A stretch of 64,000 bases of DNA from Heterodontus francisci (taxonomy: Eukaryota): assembly GCF_036365525.1 (NCBI RefSeq), contig NC_090404.1, positions 45,641,544 through 45,705,543 of the forward strand, read 5' to 3'. Below the pieces are notes generated by a model. The model ran no database searches, was not told the DNA's origin, and saw only the letters and a program-made list of their open reading frames with translations. How positions within the stretch are numbered: the first letter of the stretch is position 1; each line of letters begins with the position of its first letter. Shown here in pieces: positions 1 through 11,937 of the stretch. The position numbers and the translations under genes are program-made.

Positions 1-277
1 CAAACCTGTTCATCATTTTAAACACATCTATTAAATAGTACCTTAATCTTCTCCATTCGAAGGCGAACAAGCCCTGTTTCTCCAGTGCATCCATGTAACT
101 GCAATCCTTCATCCCTGGAATCATTCCAGTAAATCTCTTCTGTACCTTCTTCACATATCCACATCCTTCCTATAAGGTGGTTCCCAGTATTGGACACAAT
201 ACACCAGTTCTGGACAAAACAGTGTTTTACAAAGGTTCATCACAGCTTCCTGGCTTTTTTACTCTATGTCTCTATTT

Positions 278-1414
278 TGTTACGATGGAGGTGGGAGAAA
301 TGCACTGTTAATTCAGTCCCAACACTCCACAGGTCATGATATATTATTGAAGTTTCCCACATACCATAAAAATAGCCAAATTAATCACTTTATTTATTCC
401 CAGAATGAGTCCCACCAAAACAGGTTTCTTTAACAACAACAAGATTAACTATTTATTAATAAACCAAGTTTTAAACGATAACGAGATGAATCAATATGTA
501 TGAAAACTTTTTCTAAATTCTTAATCTTCCTAACCCTCATACATTCAATTCGCAACGGTTAACCAGGGAGACAGGGTAATTTGAATTTAAAACAGTTTCT
601 TAGGAATAAGAAAATAACTGGGTTGTAACTTCTGGTTGGTCATTTCCAGTTCAGTGAGGTGTGTCAGAGTAGAATAGTCAGATGCCACTCGAAGTCTCTC
701 CAGGAAAGCATGATAAACTGTCTGTGATGGGTAAGCATTCAAGGCAATCCGTCTGCAGCAGGCGCCACACAGATCTTTCAGCAACGTGTTGTAGCAACAG
801 GTCTATTTACATTTAATCGTCGCAGTCTAACAGTAGAAACTTTCTTGAGATTTAAGGAAGTTCCAAAGACACAAAAGTCACCAAGACTTATTCTCATAAA
901 TGGAGCCTTCTCCATAGAGTACAGCCACTACAGAACTCACTGTTCAGGCAGGGATTCTTGACTGGAGACAACTGTAACCTTCCGCACCCGAAACACAGGT
1001 TTCCTTTCAGTAAACCAGTTTTTCTCCACACAGTGTAGCAATTCCTCTTTTTTTCTGAGCCTTTTCCTCTCTCTTCAGGCAGGTCAAAACCTCACCTTAA
1101 ATGAAACAAGTTTTTCCTTGAAATGAAAGCTCATTTTCAGAAAGAATATATCTTTTTTCTGTTCGATCAGCAAATCACAACGCCCAGCCAACTCACAGCT
1201 CTTTCTCTCTCTTCTGTTTCACTGCAGAACTAAAACTAACAGATTTTTAAAAAACAAAAATCACATTATAGTCATAAAAGTTTCTGCTTTCTTGGCTACA
1301 ATTTATAGCCTGTACTCTTCAAAAACTAAACGTCAACTCTGGTCACAGAAAACAGCAACAGGTCTTAAACGTACACAGATCCCCCAGTTTTTTTTTTACA
1401 AAGCTCTTATGACA
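278..1414. mobile_element. Solo LTR (about 1.14 kb)
   Basis: Termini TGTTA...TGACA, with a 4-bp TSD ATTT at 274-277 and 1415-1418. It splits a contiguous CR1 sequence and has no coding capacity. Confidence 0.75.
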
Positions 1415-1511
1415 ATTTATAAAGCACAGGATCGCATAGGACTGATTAACTGCTTTGTTAACTGTCCTGCCACCTACAAGGATTTGTGCACAAGCATCCC
1501 CGAGGTCTCCC

Positions 1512-4346
1512 TTTTCTTCCACATATACACATGGACCTCGCTGTCCAGAAGCACCGCCTCACCTTATCTCAAAGCTGTTCAACTCCGCAGTTTCATTTCA
1601 TGCTTCGTGTTACCAGACACGTTAACACAAAACTTTTTTTCCCGTCTTTTCAGGTGTTAAGGAACGTAAGCTCCAACAGTTGATGGGGATAAATTCGCTT
1701 TCTGTTACTTCTTTCACTTCACTTCCCTCTGACCCCACCCATTCTGATCTGACCCCTTGCCTTGTATTCTCTGGCCTTCCCCTCTCTGGCACTGAACGTT
1801 CTGTACTCAGCAAAGGACTCAGTTTTATCCCCTTATGCCCCCACCTCAATGGATTCCGCGCTCGACAAGACGTTGAGCTCTTCTTCCATCACCTTTGCCT
1901 CCGGGCTCACTTCTTTGACCAGGAGTCCTCCCCCCGACTAGCAGACCCATTCACCCGCCTCCAGCATTTTCCTTCCACCTGGACACCTCCGTCTGGCCTC
2001 TTACCCTCTGTTGATCATTTAAAAAAAAAACTATTGGCGAGACATCGACCATCTCAATTTCTCTGCTTCCCTCACTCACTCTAGCCTGTCTCGCTCTGAA
2101 ATGTCTACACTCCGTTTTGTCAGATCTAACCTCGACATTGGCAACAAATCTGCAGACAAGAGTGGTATTGTTGTTGTCTGGCATACAGACCTCTACTTTG
2201 CAGAGGTTCACCGCCAACTCTCAGACACTTCTTCCTGCCTCCCCCGGACCATGACCCCACCACCAAACATCAAACTACTGTCCACAGGACTGCCACTGAT
2301 CTCATCTGGAGATGTTCCCTTTACAGGTTCCAACCTCATAGCCCTGTAACCCCGGACAGCCTGCTTCAACCTCCTTTCTAAAATCCACAAACAGGACTGT
2401 CCCATTAGACCCATTGTGTCAGCCTGCTCCTGCCCCACTGAAATTATTTCTTCCTATCTTGACTCTATCTTTTATCCGCTGCTCCAGTCTCTTCCCACCT
2501 ACATCCGTGACTCTTCTGATGCCCTATATCATTTTGACAATTTCCAGTTTCCTGGCCCCAACCGCTTCCTCTTCACTATGGATGCCCAATCTCTCTACAC
2601 CTCCACCCCCCACCAGGACGGTTTGAGGGCTCTCCAATGATTACTTGAACATTGGCTCAACCAGTTCCCATCCACCACCACCCTCCTCTGCCTGGCTGAA
2701 CTTGTTCTCACATTGAATAACTTCTTCTTCAACTCCACTCACTTCCTTCAAGTAAAAGGTATTGCTGGGTTACCGCATGGGTCCTAGTTATGCCTCTCTT
2801 TTTGTGGGATATGTTGAACATTCCTTGTTCCAGTCCTACTCAGGCTCCTCCCCCAATTCTTTTTCTGGTACATTCATGACTGTATCGGTGACATTTAGTG
2901 TTTGCGCCCTGAACTGGAACACAATATAAACTGTTCTTCCAATTTCCACCCTTCTCTCAACTTTGCATGGACCATTTCTGACACTTCCCTTCTCACCCTC
3001 TGCTTTTCTGTCTCCATCTCCGGGGATAGGCTGTCTACTAATATTCATTATAAGCCCAACGACTCCCACAGGTACCTCGACTGCACTCCTTCACACCCTG
3101 CCTCCTGTAAGGACTCCATTTCATTCTCCCGGTTTTTGCAGCTCCGATACATCTGCTCTGATGATGCAACCTTCCACAAAAGTGCCTCTGATATGTCTTC
3201 CTTTGTCCACAACCGAGGAATCCCCCCACTGTGGTTGACAGGGCCCTCAATCGTGTCTGACCCATTTCCCGCACCTCTACCCTCACCCCTTCTCCTCCCT
3301 CCCAGTACTGTGAGAGGGATCCCCTTGTCCTCACTTTCCACCCCACCAGCCGCCACATCAAAAGGATCATCCTCCACCATTTCTGCCACGTCCATTGTGA
3401 TGCCACTACCAAATGCATCTTCCCCTACCTTCCCCTTTCAGCATTCCAAAGGGATTGTTTCCTCCGTGACACCCTGGTCCACTCCGCTGACACCTCGTCC
3501 CCTTCTCACGACACCTTCCCATGCAATCACAGGAGGTGTAATACCTGCTATTTTACCTCCTCTCTCCTCACTATCCAAGGCCCCAAACACTCCTTTCAGG
3601 TGAAGCAGTGATTTACTTGTACTTCTTTCAATGTAGTATACTGTATTCACTGCTCCCAATGTGATCTCCTCTACATTGAGGAGACCAAACGGAGATTGGG
3701 TGATCACTTTGTGGAACACCTCTGCTCAGTCTGAAACCATGACGCCGAGCTTCCAGTTGCTTACCATTTCAACACCCCCCTTCTCTCATGCCCATATATC
3801 TGTCCTGGGTTTGCTGCAGTGTTCCATTGAACATCAACGCAAGCTCGAGGAATAGCATCTCATTTTCCGATTAGGCATGCTACAGCCTGCCGGACTGAAC
3901 ACTGAGTTCAATAATTTCAGAGCATGAAGGCCCCCCTTATGTTTTTATTGTTATTTATATTTTTCTTTTTTCTTCTTTCTTTTAATTTAGTTTTTTTTAC
4001 CACTGCTCACTGTTTTTTTAATATTTGTGCTTTGGGCGAGGGCTGTACATTTTTCTGTCAATTAACACCCCCCTGCACTAACGCATTGCCTTTCAGCACA
4101 CCATTAACCTACAGTTTGCCTTTACTCAATGACCTTCTTGTCCGTTATTCTCTGTGACCCTATGCTATCAACATCTTCCCTTTTCCTCTCTCTTGCCCCA
4201 CCCCCTCTTTATTTGTTTAAAACCTATTACATTTCTAACCTTTGCCAGTTCTGATGAAGGGCCACTGATCTGAAATGTTAACTCTGATTTTCTTTCCACA
4301 GATATTGCCAGACCTGCTGAGCATTTCAGAATATATTTTGCTTTTA
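1512..4346 (+). mobile_element. Penelope-like retroelement (RT + GIY-YIG), 5'-truncated and frameshifted
   Basis: Motifs SADKSG (PADKG-like), FTMDAQSLYTS, HYKPNDSHRYLD, and GIY-YIG VVYCIHCSQCDLLYIEETKRRLGDHF near 3630-3710. The 3' pLTR carries a hammerhead core. CTCCC flanks both ends (1507-1511, 4347-4351). Confidence 0.9.
4247..4283 (+). ncRNA. Minimal type I hammerhead ribozyme in the Penelope pLTR
   Basis: AGTT-CTGATGA-(AGG gccactga TCT)-GAAA-TG-TT-AACT: core CUGAUGA and GAAA, stem I AGTT/AACT, short stem II, and a CpG-decayed palindromic stem III. Confidence 0.65.
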
Positions 4347-5919
4347 CTCCCTGTTCTTGTGCTTGTTTTAAAATTGTATGATTTAGCAAGCATTATCTCT
4401 TCTCATTTTTCCTACCAAAATGTAACACTTCATGCTTTTCTGAGTTGAATTTCGTTGTCTTGTGTCCACATGTTCCAACAGCCATCTATGTTCTTTTGAA
4501 CATTATTACGATCTTCTTCAGTGCTCACTACTTTTTTCAGGATTTGTGCTATCTTAAAATTTCAAAACTGTGCCCTCTACCCGCAAATACAAGCCTTTAT
4601 GTATGTCAGGAACAGCAGTGGTCAGAACACTTACATGTGGCAACATCACCGTATGTTTCCCTCCAGTGCAGAAAACAGTCATTGACCCTAGTTCTGCGTT
4701 TTATCTGCCTTGCACAATCACCCCTTTTGTCCTTTAATCTCTCATGCCTTCCACCCTATCACAAATCTTCTCTTTTGGTTTATTCCTCGTCCTCTTCTTT
4801 CCTTGCCCTCTGTACTTGGTCAATATCTGTCACATCTCTTATTTTTTCTATCACTCAGTTAATGTCATCCATCTGAAACGTTAACTCTGTTTGTCTCTCC
4901 GCAGGTTCTGGCTAACTCTTTTAATTTTGGATTTCTAGCATTTTCACTATTTTGCTTTTCTCACTATTTTCTTTTACTCTACCATTTTCTATTCATTCTT
5001 CCCGTTTGTTTTATTCCATGTGCTTCAATTTTGCTAGCAAGCCTAATATATGGCAATTTATCAAGCACCATTTGAACAGACATTTACACATTAACTGCAC
5101 TGCCTTGATCAATTGTCTATGTAGCCTCATCAAAAAAGCAGCCAAGATAGTCAAAAACGATTTACCCTTAATAAACCCGTGATGAATCTACTTTGTTAGT
5201 GTTAACTTGTCCAGGTGGTTGTTAGTTCTTTCCTTGACTATTTTGTCTAAGTGTTTCCCCACCACTAATGCTGAACTGGCTGGCCTGTATGTGAAAGTCT
5301 TATCTTCCTTCCTTTTTCTCCACGAGAATGTAACATTTGCAATCCTTCAGTCGCTTGGCACCACACCAGTCTCTAAGGAGGGTTGGAATATTTTTTTTGT
5401 ATAGCTACTCCACAATTTATCTCCTTAATTCTCACAGAAACCCCCTGGCCCTGTCAAGTTAACCACTTTAAGTACAGCCACAATATCTATTACGTCCTAT
5501 TTATCAATTTTTTCTCATCAGATGTGGCAGCAACATCCTCGTTTAGGCATAAATTTTTCAAAGTCTTCTTACTTGCTGAGCACCGATTCAAAAAATACTC
5601 ATTTCGTGCCTCAGTCATACCTTCTGCCTTGACCAATACATCTTAATTTTGGTTCCTAATCGGCTCCACAACTCGTCTGACAAATCCCTTCTTTAATTTT
5701 CATACTGTTTCTTTGCATGTGTTGGTAATTTTTCACCTCTCTGTAATTTTTATACTCAGCCTGAGTCTCTCTTGCATTCTCCCTTCATTTATTTCCTCCT
5801 GCTCTCTAACATGTTCGTCAGACAGGGAGTTCTGATTTAGGTTATCCTCCCTCCCCTCTTGCGAAAATATGCTTACACTGTGCCTGAACCACTTCCTCTT
5901 TAATGCCATCCATTTATTT

Positions 5920-6350
5920 ACATACAATTTAAGATTGTCTGTAGGGCTCGCAGTGTGGCACATTTGCGGGTATTGGAATATGCATATATTAATACTCAGC
6001 GCCCTGTTCTTTGTAGATAGAAAGAACATGTACAAACATTGCGCCTGTTCAGCTGAACAAAATAACTGACAGCCATTGTCTGGTTCATTCTTCAGGGCAA
6101 TGCCTTGACTAAGCCAAGCTAGCTGGTTTAAGTTTTAAACAAAGCTCGGCAGTTAAGTGTCAGTCACCGTAAACTGGTGCATTTGCCAAGGCAACGCCTC
6201 GACCAATCAGAGTTCACTTACCAACCAATCAGCACTCTCTTCTTATGCCATATAAATTGCTGTTTTCCCTTACAATGGTTATTCTTGCGATTGTCCTGAT
6301 GAGTGCAAAACAAGAAGCTTCGAAAACATGTCTCTATTTTCAGTAATACT
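5920..6350 (+). mobile_element. 3' end of a second Penelope-like family (GIY-YIG C-terminus + pLTR)
   Basis: Translates QFKIVCRARSVAHLRVLE...PVLCR*KEHVQTLRLF. A degenerate hammerhead TGTC-CTGATGA-GT...AAGCTTC lies at 6292-6325. Confidence 0.6.
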
Positions 6351-6598
6351 AATCTTTATTCTGGAGCTGCTCCTGGATCATGACAATCCCAGCAATACCT
6401 CCTTTCTCGTTGGGCAAGAAAATTCATCTGAACATACTTCGGAAATTCCCATAATCTCTGCCCTTAAAAAAATCACTGTCCCATTCAACATTGCTTAATT
6501 AAAATCTACCATTATCACTACTTTATACCTCTTGTCCCTCTTGCTAATTTCGTTGCAATTCTGTTCCTCGCTTTACTTTGCACTATGGGAAAAAAATC

Positions 6599-7400
6599 TG
6601 GCATATGGAGTATAATGTGGGAGAATGTGAAGTTCTTCACTTTGGCAAGAAGAATAAAAAAGCAGAGTATTACTTAAACGGAGAATGACTGTAGAATTCA
6701 AAGATACAGAGGGATCTAGGTGTTCTAGAGCATGAGTCACAAAAAGTTAGTATGCAGGTATAGCAAGTGACAAGAAGGCTAACGGAATGTTATCCTTTTT
6801 TACGAGAGGTATTGAAAATAAAAGTAGGGATGTTATGCTTCAGTTATATAGGGCATTGGTGAGACCACATCTGGAATACTGTGTGCAGTTTTGGTCCCCT
6901 TATTTAAGGAAGGATGTAAATGCATTGGAGGTGGTTCACAGGAGATTTACTAGATTGATACCTGGAATGAACGAGTTGTCTTATGGAGAAAGGTTGGACA
7001 GACTGGGCTTGTTTTCACTGGAGTTTAGCAGAGTGAGCGAAGACTTGATTGAAGTATATAAGATGCTGAACGGTCTTGACAAGGTGGATGTGGAAAGGAT
7101 GTTTCATCCTGTGGGTGAGTACAAAACAAGGAACACCGTTTTAAAATTAGGGGTCGCCCTTTTAGGGCAGAGATGAAGGGATCTTTTTTTCTCTCAGAGG
7201 GTTGTGCAACTTTGGAACTCTCTCCCTCAGAAAGTGGTGGAGGCAGAGTCATTGAATATTTTTAAGGCGGGTTAGATAGATTCTTGTTAGACAAGGGAAT
7301 CAAAGGTTATCAGAGGTAGATAGGAGTGTGGAATTCGGGACACAAACAGATCGGCTCAAGGGGCCGAATGGCCGATTTCTGTTCCTAACTCGTATGTTCG
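6599..7400 (+). mobile_element. CR1-type LINE 3' fragment
   Basis: ORF 6787-7176 contains LYRALVRPHLEYCVQFWSPY...FTRLIPG; CR1 3' hairpin and tail near 7360-7400. Confidence 0.9.
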
Positions 7401-7749
7401 AATGTCTGTATTTTGTGGCCCTTAAAATGCACAAGTAACGTAATAGCTCCTTCATATCTGTTCCCAGTTGCAACTAAATAGATTCTGTCTTTGATCCCGC
7501 AACAACATTCTTTGTAGCAATGCATTTTTTCTTAATCAAAAGGGCTCCCTCTTTTTTTCCTTCCCGTTCTTTCCTGAATGAATTACATCCATCAATATTC
7601 AGTCTGTAGTGATCCCCTATTTTGAACAAGGTCTCAGACATCGCCTGAATATCATATTCCCACGGAAACATTTTTTGCCTGCAGTTCACCAATCGTATTA
7701 AATACACTTCGTGTTTTGACACACATGCGCTCGAAACATGGATGTTAAT

Positions 7750-8070
7750 GTCCAGGTAATAGAAGATTAGCTGATCAAAGAATCATCACCCTTCCTCAGG
7801 CGTTTAAAAAGAGAACAGAATGCTTGGGTAATAGAGGAATATCTGTTAAATATTTCTTTACCCTGCCTCAGATGTTTGGTCAATGGACAGAATGTACGGG
7901 TAATTGAGGATTAGTTGATTAAAAGTATCTTTAAACGACCCAAGATGTTTACCCAATGGCAAAAAAAAAAAATGTACGGGTAATAGAGGATTGACGGATC
8001 ATTATAGCTTTACCCTGTCCCAGGTGAACGGCCAGAATTCTAAGCTAATAGAAGAATAGCTGCTGAAATT
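7750..8070. repeat. Degenerate ~72-73 bp tandem repeat (about 5 units)
   Basis: The TAATAGAGGATTAGCTGATCAAAGTATCTTTA-like motif recurs at 7757, 7829, 7901, 7981 and about 8046. Confidence 0.75.
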
Positions 8071-8479
8071 AAGATCTAAGGATATTGGGAACTAAATATG
8101 CTAGGGTACTTAACATTTTGTAAAGACAGATGAAATGAAAAACGAGGTAGGATAACCCTGATAGTAAAGGATCACACACATACAGTAGTCAGGAAGGATC
8201 TTTGCTGGAAAAAGTAGGAAATGATATAAGTACGGGTAGAGATTCAAAGTAACAAGGATAAACTTAGAGGTGTGAAAGCAGTTTATATGCCTAGTAACAG
8301 CGATACTGTTGGTATGGTGTTTTAGCAAAGTCAATTAAGATGAGCAACAAATACCTGCCTTGCCAGCGATGCACATCAAGAAATAAAAGCATCTTGTAAC
8401 ACAGGTTGACATTCAATGACCGAAACTTAACTGCACCAGCCGTATAAATATTATGGCTACAAGAGCAGGTCAGAGGCTG

Positions 8480-9090
8480 ACATTCTGCCGCGTGGAACTC
8501 ACCTCCTGACTTCGCAAAGCAGGTACACACAGAATTCAACCTCATTTAACTGGATCTGTGCACACTAAATGTAACCCGGATGAACTGGAGGCCTCCACAC
8601 TGAAACTAACTGTGCAGTACTGGACTTGTATAGGCTGGCTGAAACTGTGCCCAACTAGCCATCGACAGACTACATATAAGCACGCTGGCCAAGGCAAGAT
8701 CATACTGGCAATAACCATGCTGAATTGGGTTGTCAACATTTCAATGGAACCAGGTGGAACTGAAGCTGCCCTCACTGAAAGTAGCAATACAGAACTGGAT
8801 CTGTCCACTCTGAATGTGAGTGTGCTGAACTGGAATTTTTGACGCTGAGTATTACCGTGCACACCTGGACCAGTCCACACTAAAAATCACTGTGTTATTT
8901 GGACCTGCCTCTACGAACGCAACTGTATTGAACTTGAGCAGCAATACTGAAAGCAACCATGCTGAACTGGATGGTAAACACAAAACATAAATGTGTGCAA
9001 CTGCACTAATTCATGATTAAGGTACTGTGCTGACCAAGACCAGTCCACACGGAACACAGTTAGCTGTGTTGAAGTGGATGCACCGTGTAG
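8480..9090. repeat. Degenerate short-unit (~33 bp) repeat upstream of the GPCR
   Basis: Recurring CTGTGCTGAACTGGA..GTCCACACT variants; a homologous tract lies at 22780-23320. Confidence 0.6.
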
Positions 9091-9492
9091 AGGGATTTGG
9101 ATTCAACAGCTTATGGTACAGGATCATTGACTGGAGCTGAACAATGATCAGGAGCGAAAATTTGGCTGCAGTTTCCTTCAGGAGCAGAATATCGCTGGTC
9201 AGTTTTACTTACTGTTGTGGGCACTTAACTCAACATTAAAGAGTTCAAACCCAGGATTCCTCATATGCAAAGTTCAGTTTTACCGTTGCAACCGCTTTTT
9301 CATTATTACAGCTGTATCTAGGATCATATTGTAATCTCTGGGTATTTCTATTTATAGCCATGTCAGGTCCCTTGAATAATGATCCATTCAATCAAAAGAA
9401 AAACACGTGTCTGGCCGCAGCTGCACTAATCTGTTTCTTTTGATTAGTGCAATTCATGTAAAACATCAAACCATCTAATTATCGCTCTGGAG

Positions 9493-9510
9493 CCTGACGT
9501 CAGGTATAAA
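9493..9510 (+). promoter_or_regulatory. Perfect CRE palindrome directly followed by the TATA box of the GPCR
   Basis: CCTGACGTCAGG (9493-9504; TGACGTCA at 9495-9502), then TATAAA at 9505-9510, about 50 nt upstream of the ATG at 9561. Confidence 0.65.
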
Positions 9511-9560
9511 TGTGACAATTTTTGAGTGCAGTTCAGAGTGTGCTCAGAGCTTTGATAGAA

Positions 9561-9630
9561 ATGCACGTATCAGCAAAAGGTCTGGTGTTTTCAGTTTACT
9601 ATCCCGTCCTTGCAGTCATTGGGGTTCCAG
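9561..9630 (+). CDS. GPR139/GPR142-like class A GPCR, coding exon 1
   Basis: MHVSAKGLVFSVYYPVLAVIGVP + G, then donor CAG|GTAAAG (phase 1). It supplies the first half of TM1 and joins exon 2 in frame (G+CT = Ala). Confidence 0.88.
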
Positions 9631-10882
9631 GTAAAGTATTGTATTTAGATATTAGTTATCAAAATCATTTGATTAACTGTGTCCCTGCTCTTATTTACCA
9701 CCGAAGCTTCTCCACGATGTGAATGTTCTTTTACCTCTTTAATGGGAAGATTAATTTCCTCCAATTGGTATATTTTCTCCTTTTGAAAGAATCATTTTTT
9801 TCCACTTTATTGGCATTATTCAGCCATTATAATGAGATAATTTCTCGGAAATTTACTGATGTAATATTTTGTCATAATGTTATAATTTCTCCAGTTTTGA
9901 AGTGTTGTTTCTCCTCATTATTGTCATAATTTATTTACATTAGTACCATAATGTCTCTCACTTTCTAGCATTACACTTCACTTTGGTGGCACAACTTTTT
10001 CTCTTCAGCAGCATCATTTTCCGATTAAACAGTGCAGTTTTTCCCCTTTATATGTATCATTCAGCACTTTTAAGTTCTTGACCTTATATGTGCTATTTTA
10101 TGATGTAAATATAGTTCTACTGCACTATTGACACAGTTATTGTGGATGAATTATCGCACTATTAACACTGTGCAAATGCAGTTCTATTGTGCTGTTGACA
10201 CGGTTACTGTGGATGAATTATCACACTGTTATCATGCTGCAAATGTAGCTCTGCTGCAGTATTGATATCGTGAGTGAATTATCACACTGTCACCAGGGCG
10301 TTAATATCGTGCTTTGGTGTTAGTGCTACCTTAGTTAGATTATTGCACTGTTATCACAGCTTAAATGTAGTTCTGTTATACTATTGACACTGTTACTACG
10401 GAAGAGTTATCACATGGTGAGCACGGTGTAAATGTAAAATAAAAACAGAAACTGTTGGAAATACTCAGCAGGTCTGGCAGCATCTGCGCAGAGAGAAGCA
10501 GAGTTAAAGGTCACAGATCTGAAACGTTGGGCTGAATTTTAATCGTGTAGCACATTCCTCAGTGGCACACTTTCAACTCGATGGCCTTCCAACATGGAAG
10601 GGCCGCCGAGGAGCCCCTGCAATATTTTGCGTGAGGTCTCATTTAAATAGTGGGTGTGGAAAGCTCGTTTCTGAAGATGTACAGGGGGCGTACACAACGT
10701 CCCCGGCAATGGCGTCTGCCGCCGCTATGCAGGTGCTGGCGCCATTTGTAAAGGGCTTTAAAGCCTGAGCAGCCATTTCAATTTTTAAAGGCACCAGGAA
10801 TTTAATTTTAAATAAAAAACAGTAAATTACACACAGAAACGCCACTTCATCCCCTCAATGATCACATAGAACATCGAATGAT

Positions 10883-11232
10883 GGCGGCACAGTGGTGCAG
10901 TGGTTAGCACTGCAGACTCACAGCTCCAGGGACTTGGGTTCAATTCTGGGTACTGCCTGTGTGGAGTTTGCAAGTTCTCCCTGCGTCTGCGTGGGTTTTG
11001 TCCGGGAGCTCTGGTTTCCTCCCACAGCCAAAAAGACTTGTTGGTAGGTAAATTACCCATTATAAATTGCCCCTAGTATAGGTAGGTGGTAGGGAAATAT
11101 AGGGACAGGTGGGGATGTGGTAGGAATATGGGATTAGTGTAGGATTAGTATAAATGGGTGGTTGATGGTCAGCACAGACTCGGTGGGCCGAAGGGCCTGT
11201 TTCAGTGCTGTATTTCTAATACTAAAACTAAA
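10883..11232 (+). mobile_element. HE1-type tRNA-derived SINE, full length
   Basis: A-box TGGTGCAGTGG, B-box GGTTCAATTC, V-domain-like core GGTTTCCTCCCACA, and a CR1/HER1-like 3' tail GGGCCGAAGGGCCTGTTTC. Confidence 0.85.
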
Positions 11233-11937
11233 GAACATAGAACAGTACAGGCCCTTCGGCCCACGATGTTGTGCCGAACCTTTAACCTACTCTAAGATCA
11301 AACTACCTACATACCCTTCATTCTACTATCATCCATGTACCTATCCAAGAGTCTCTTAAATGTCCCTAATGTATCTTCTTGTACTACCACCGCTGGCAGC
11401 GCATTCCACGCACCCATCACTCTCTGTGTAAAGAACCTACCGCTGACATCTCCCCGAAAACCTTCCTCCAATCACCTTAAAATTATGCCCCCTGGTGATA
11501 GCCCTTTCCGCCCTGGGAAAAAAGTCTCCGGCTATCCACTCTATCTATGCCTCTCATCATCATGCACACCTCTATCAAGTCACCTCTCATCCTTCTTCGC
11601 TCCAATGAGAAAAGCCCTAGCTCCCTCAACCTTTCTTCATAAGACATGCCCTGCAGTGCAGGCAGCATCCCGGTAAATCTCCTCTGCACCCTCTCTAAAG
11701 CTTCCACATCCTTCCTATAATGAGGCGATCAGAACTGAACACAATATTCCAAGTGTGGTCTAACCAGGCTTTATAGAGCTGCAGCATAACCTCGTGGCTC
11801 TTAAACTCAATCCCCCTGTTAATGAAAGCCAGCACCCCATACGCGTTCTTAACAACCCTATCAACTTGGGTGGCAACTTTGAGGGATCTATGGACGTGGA
11901 CCCCAAGATCCCTCTGTTCCTCCACACTGCCAAGAAT
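11233..11937 (-). mobile_element. CR1-type LINE 3' fragment
   Basis: ORFs contain ALERVQRRFTGMLP and QRDLGVHVHRSLK; (AGAACAT)n tail at the left end. Confidence 0.9.

Larger units (their letters stand above)
1..5900 (-). mobile_element. Old CR1-type LINE remnant, interrupted by a solo LTR (278-1414) and a Penelope-like element (1512-4346)
   Basis: The minus-strand RT C-terminal sequence at 1-277 continues seamlessly at 1415-1511 and again from 4347. Further decayed ORF2 pieces run to about 5900; the outer boundary is approximate. Confidence 0.75.

Noticed and set aside
6292-6335. Functional hammerhead in the second Penelope family
   Set aside because: The GAAA core position reads AAGA and stem I is mismatched, so this copy is likely dead.
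10883-10955. SINE heads as tRNA genes
   Set aside because: They continue into the SINE body and LINE-derived tail, with no complete cloverleaf.
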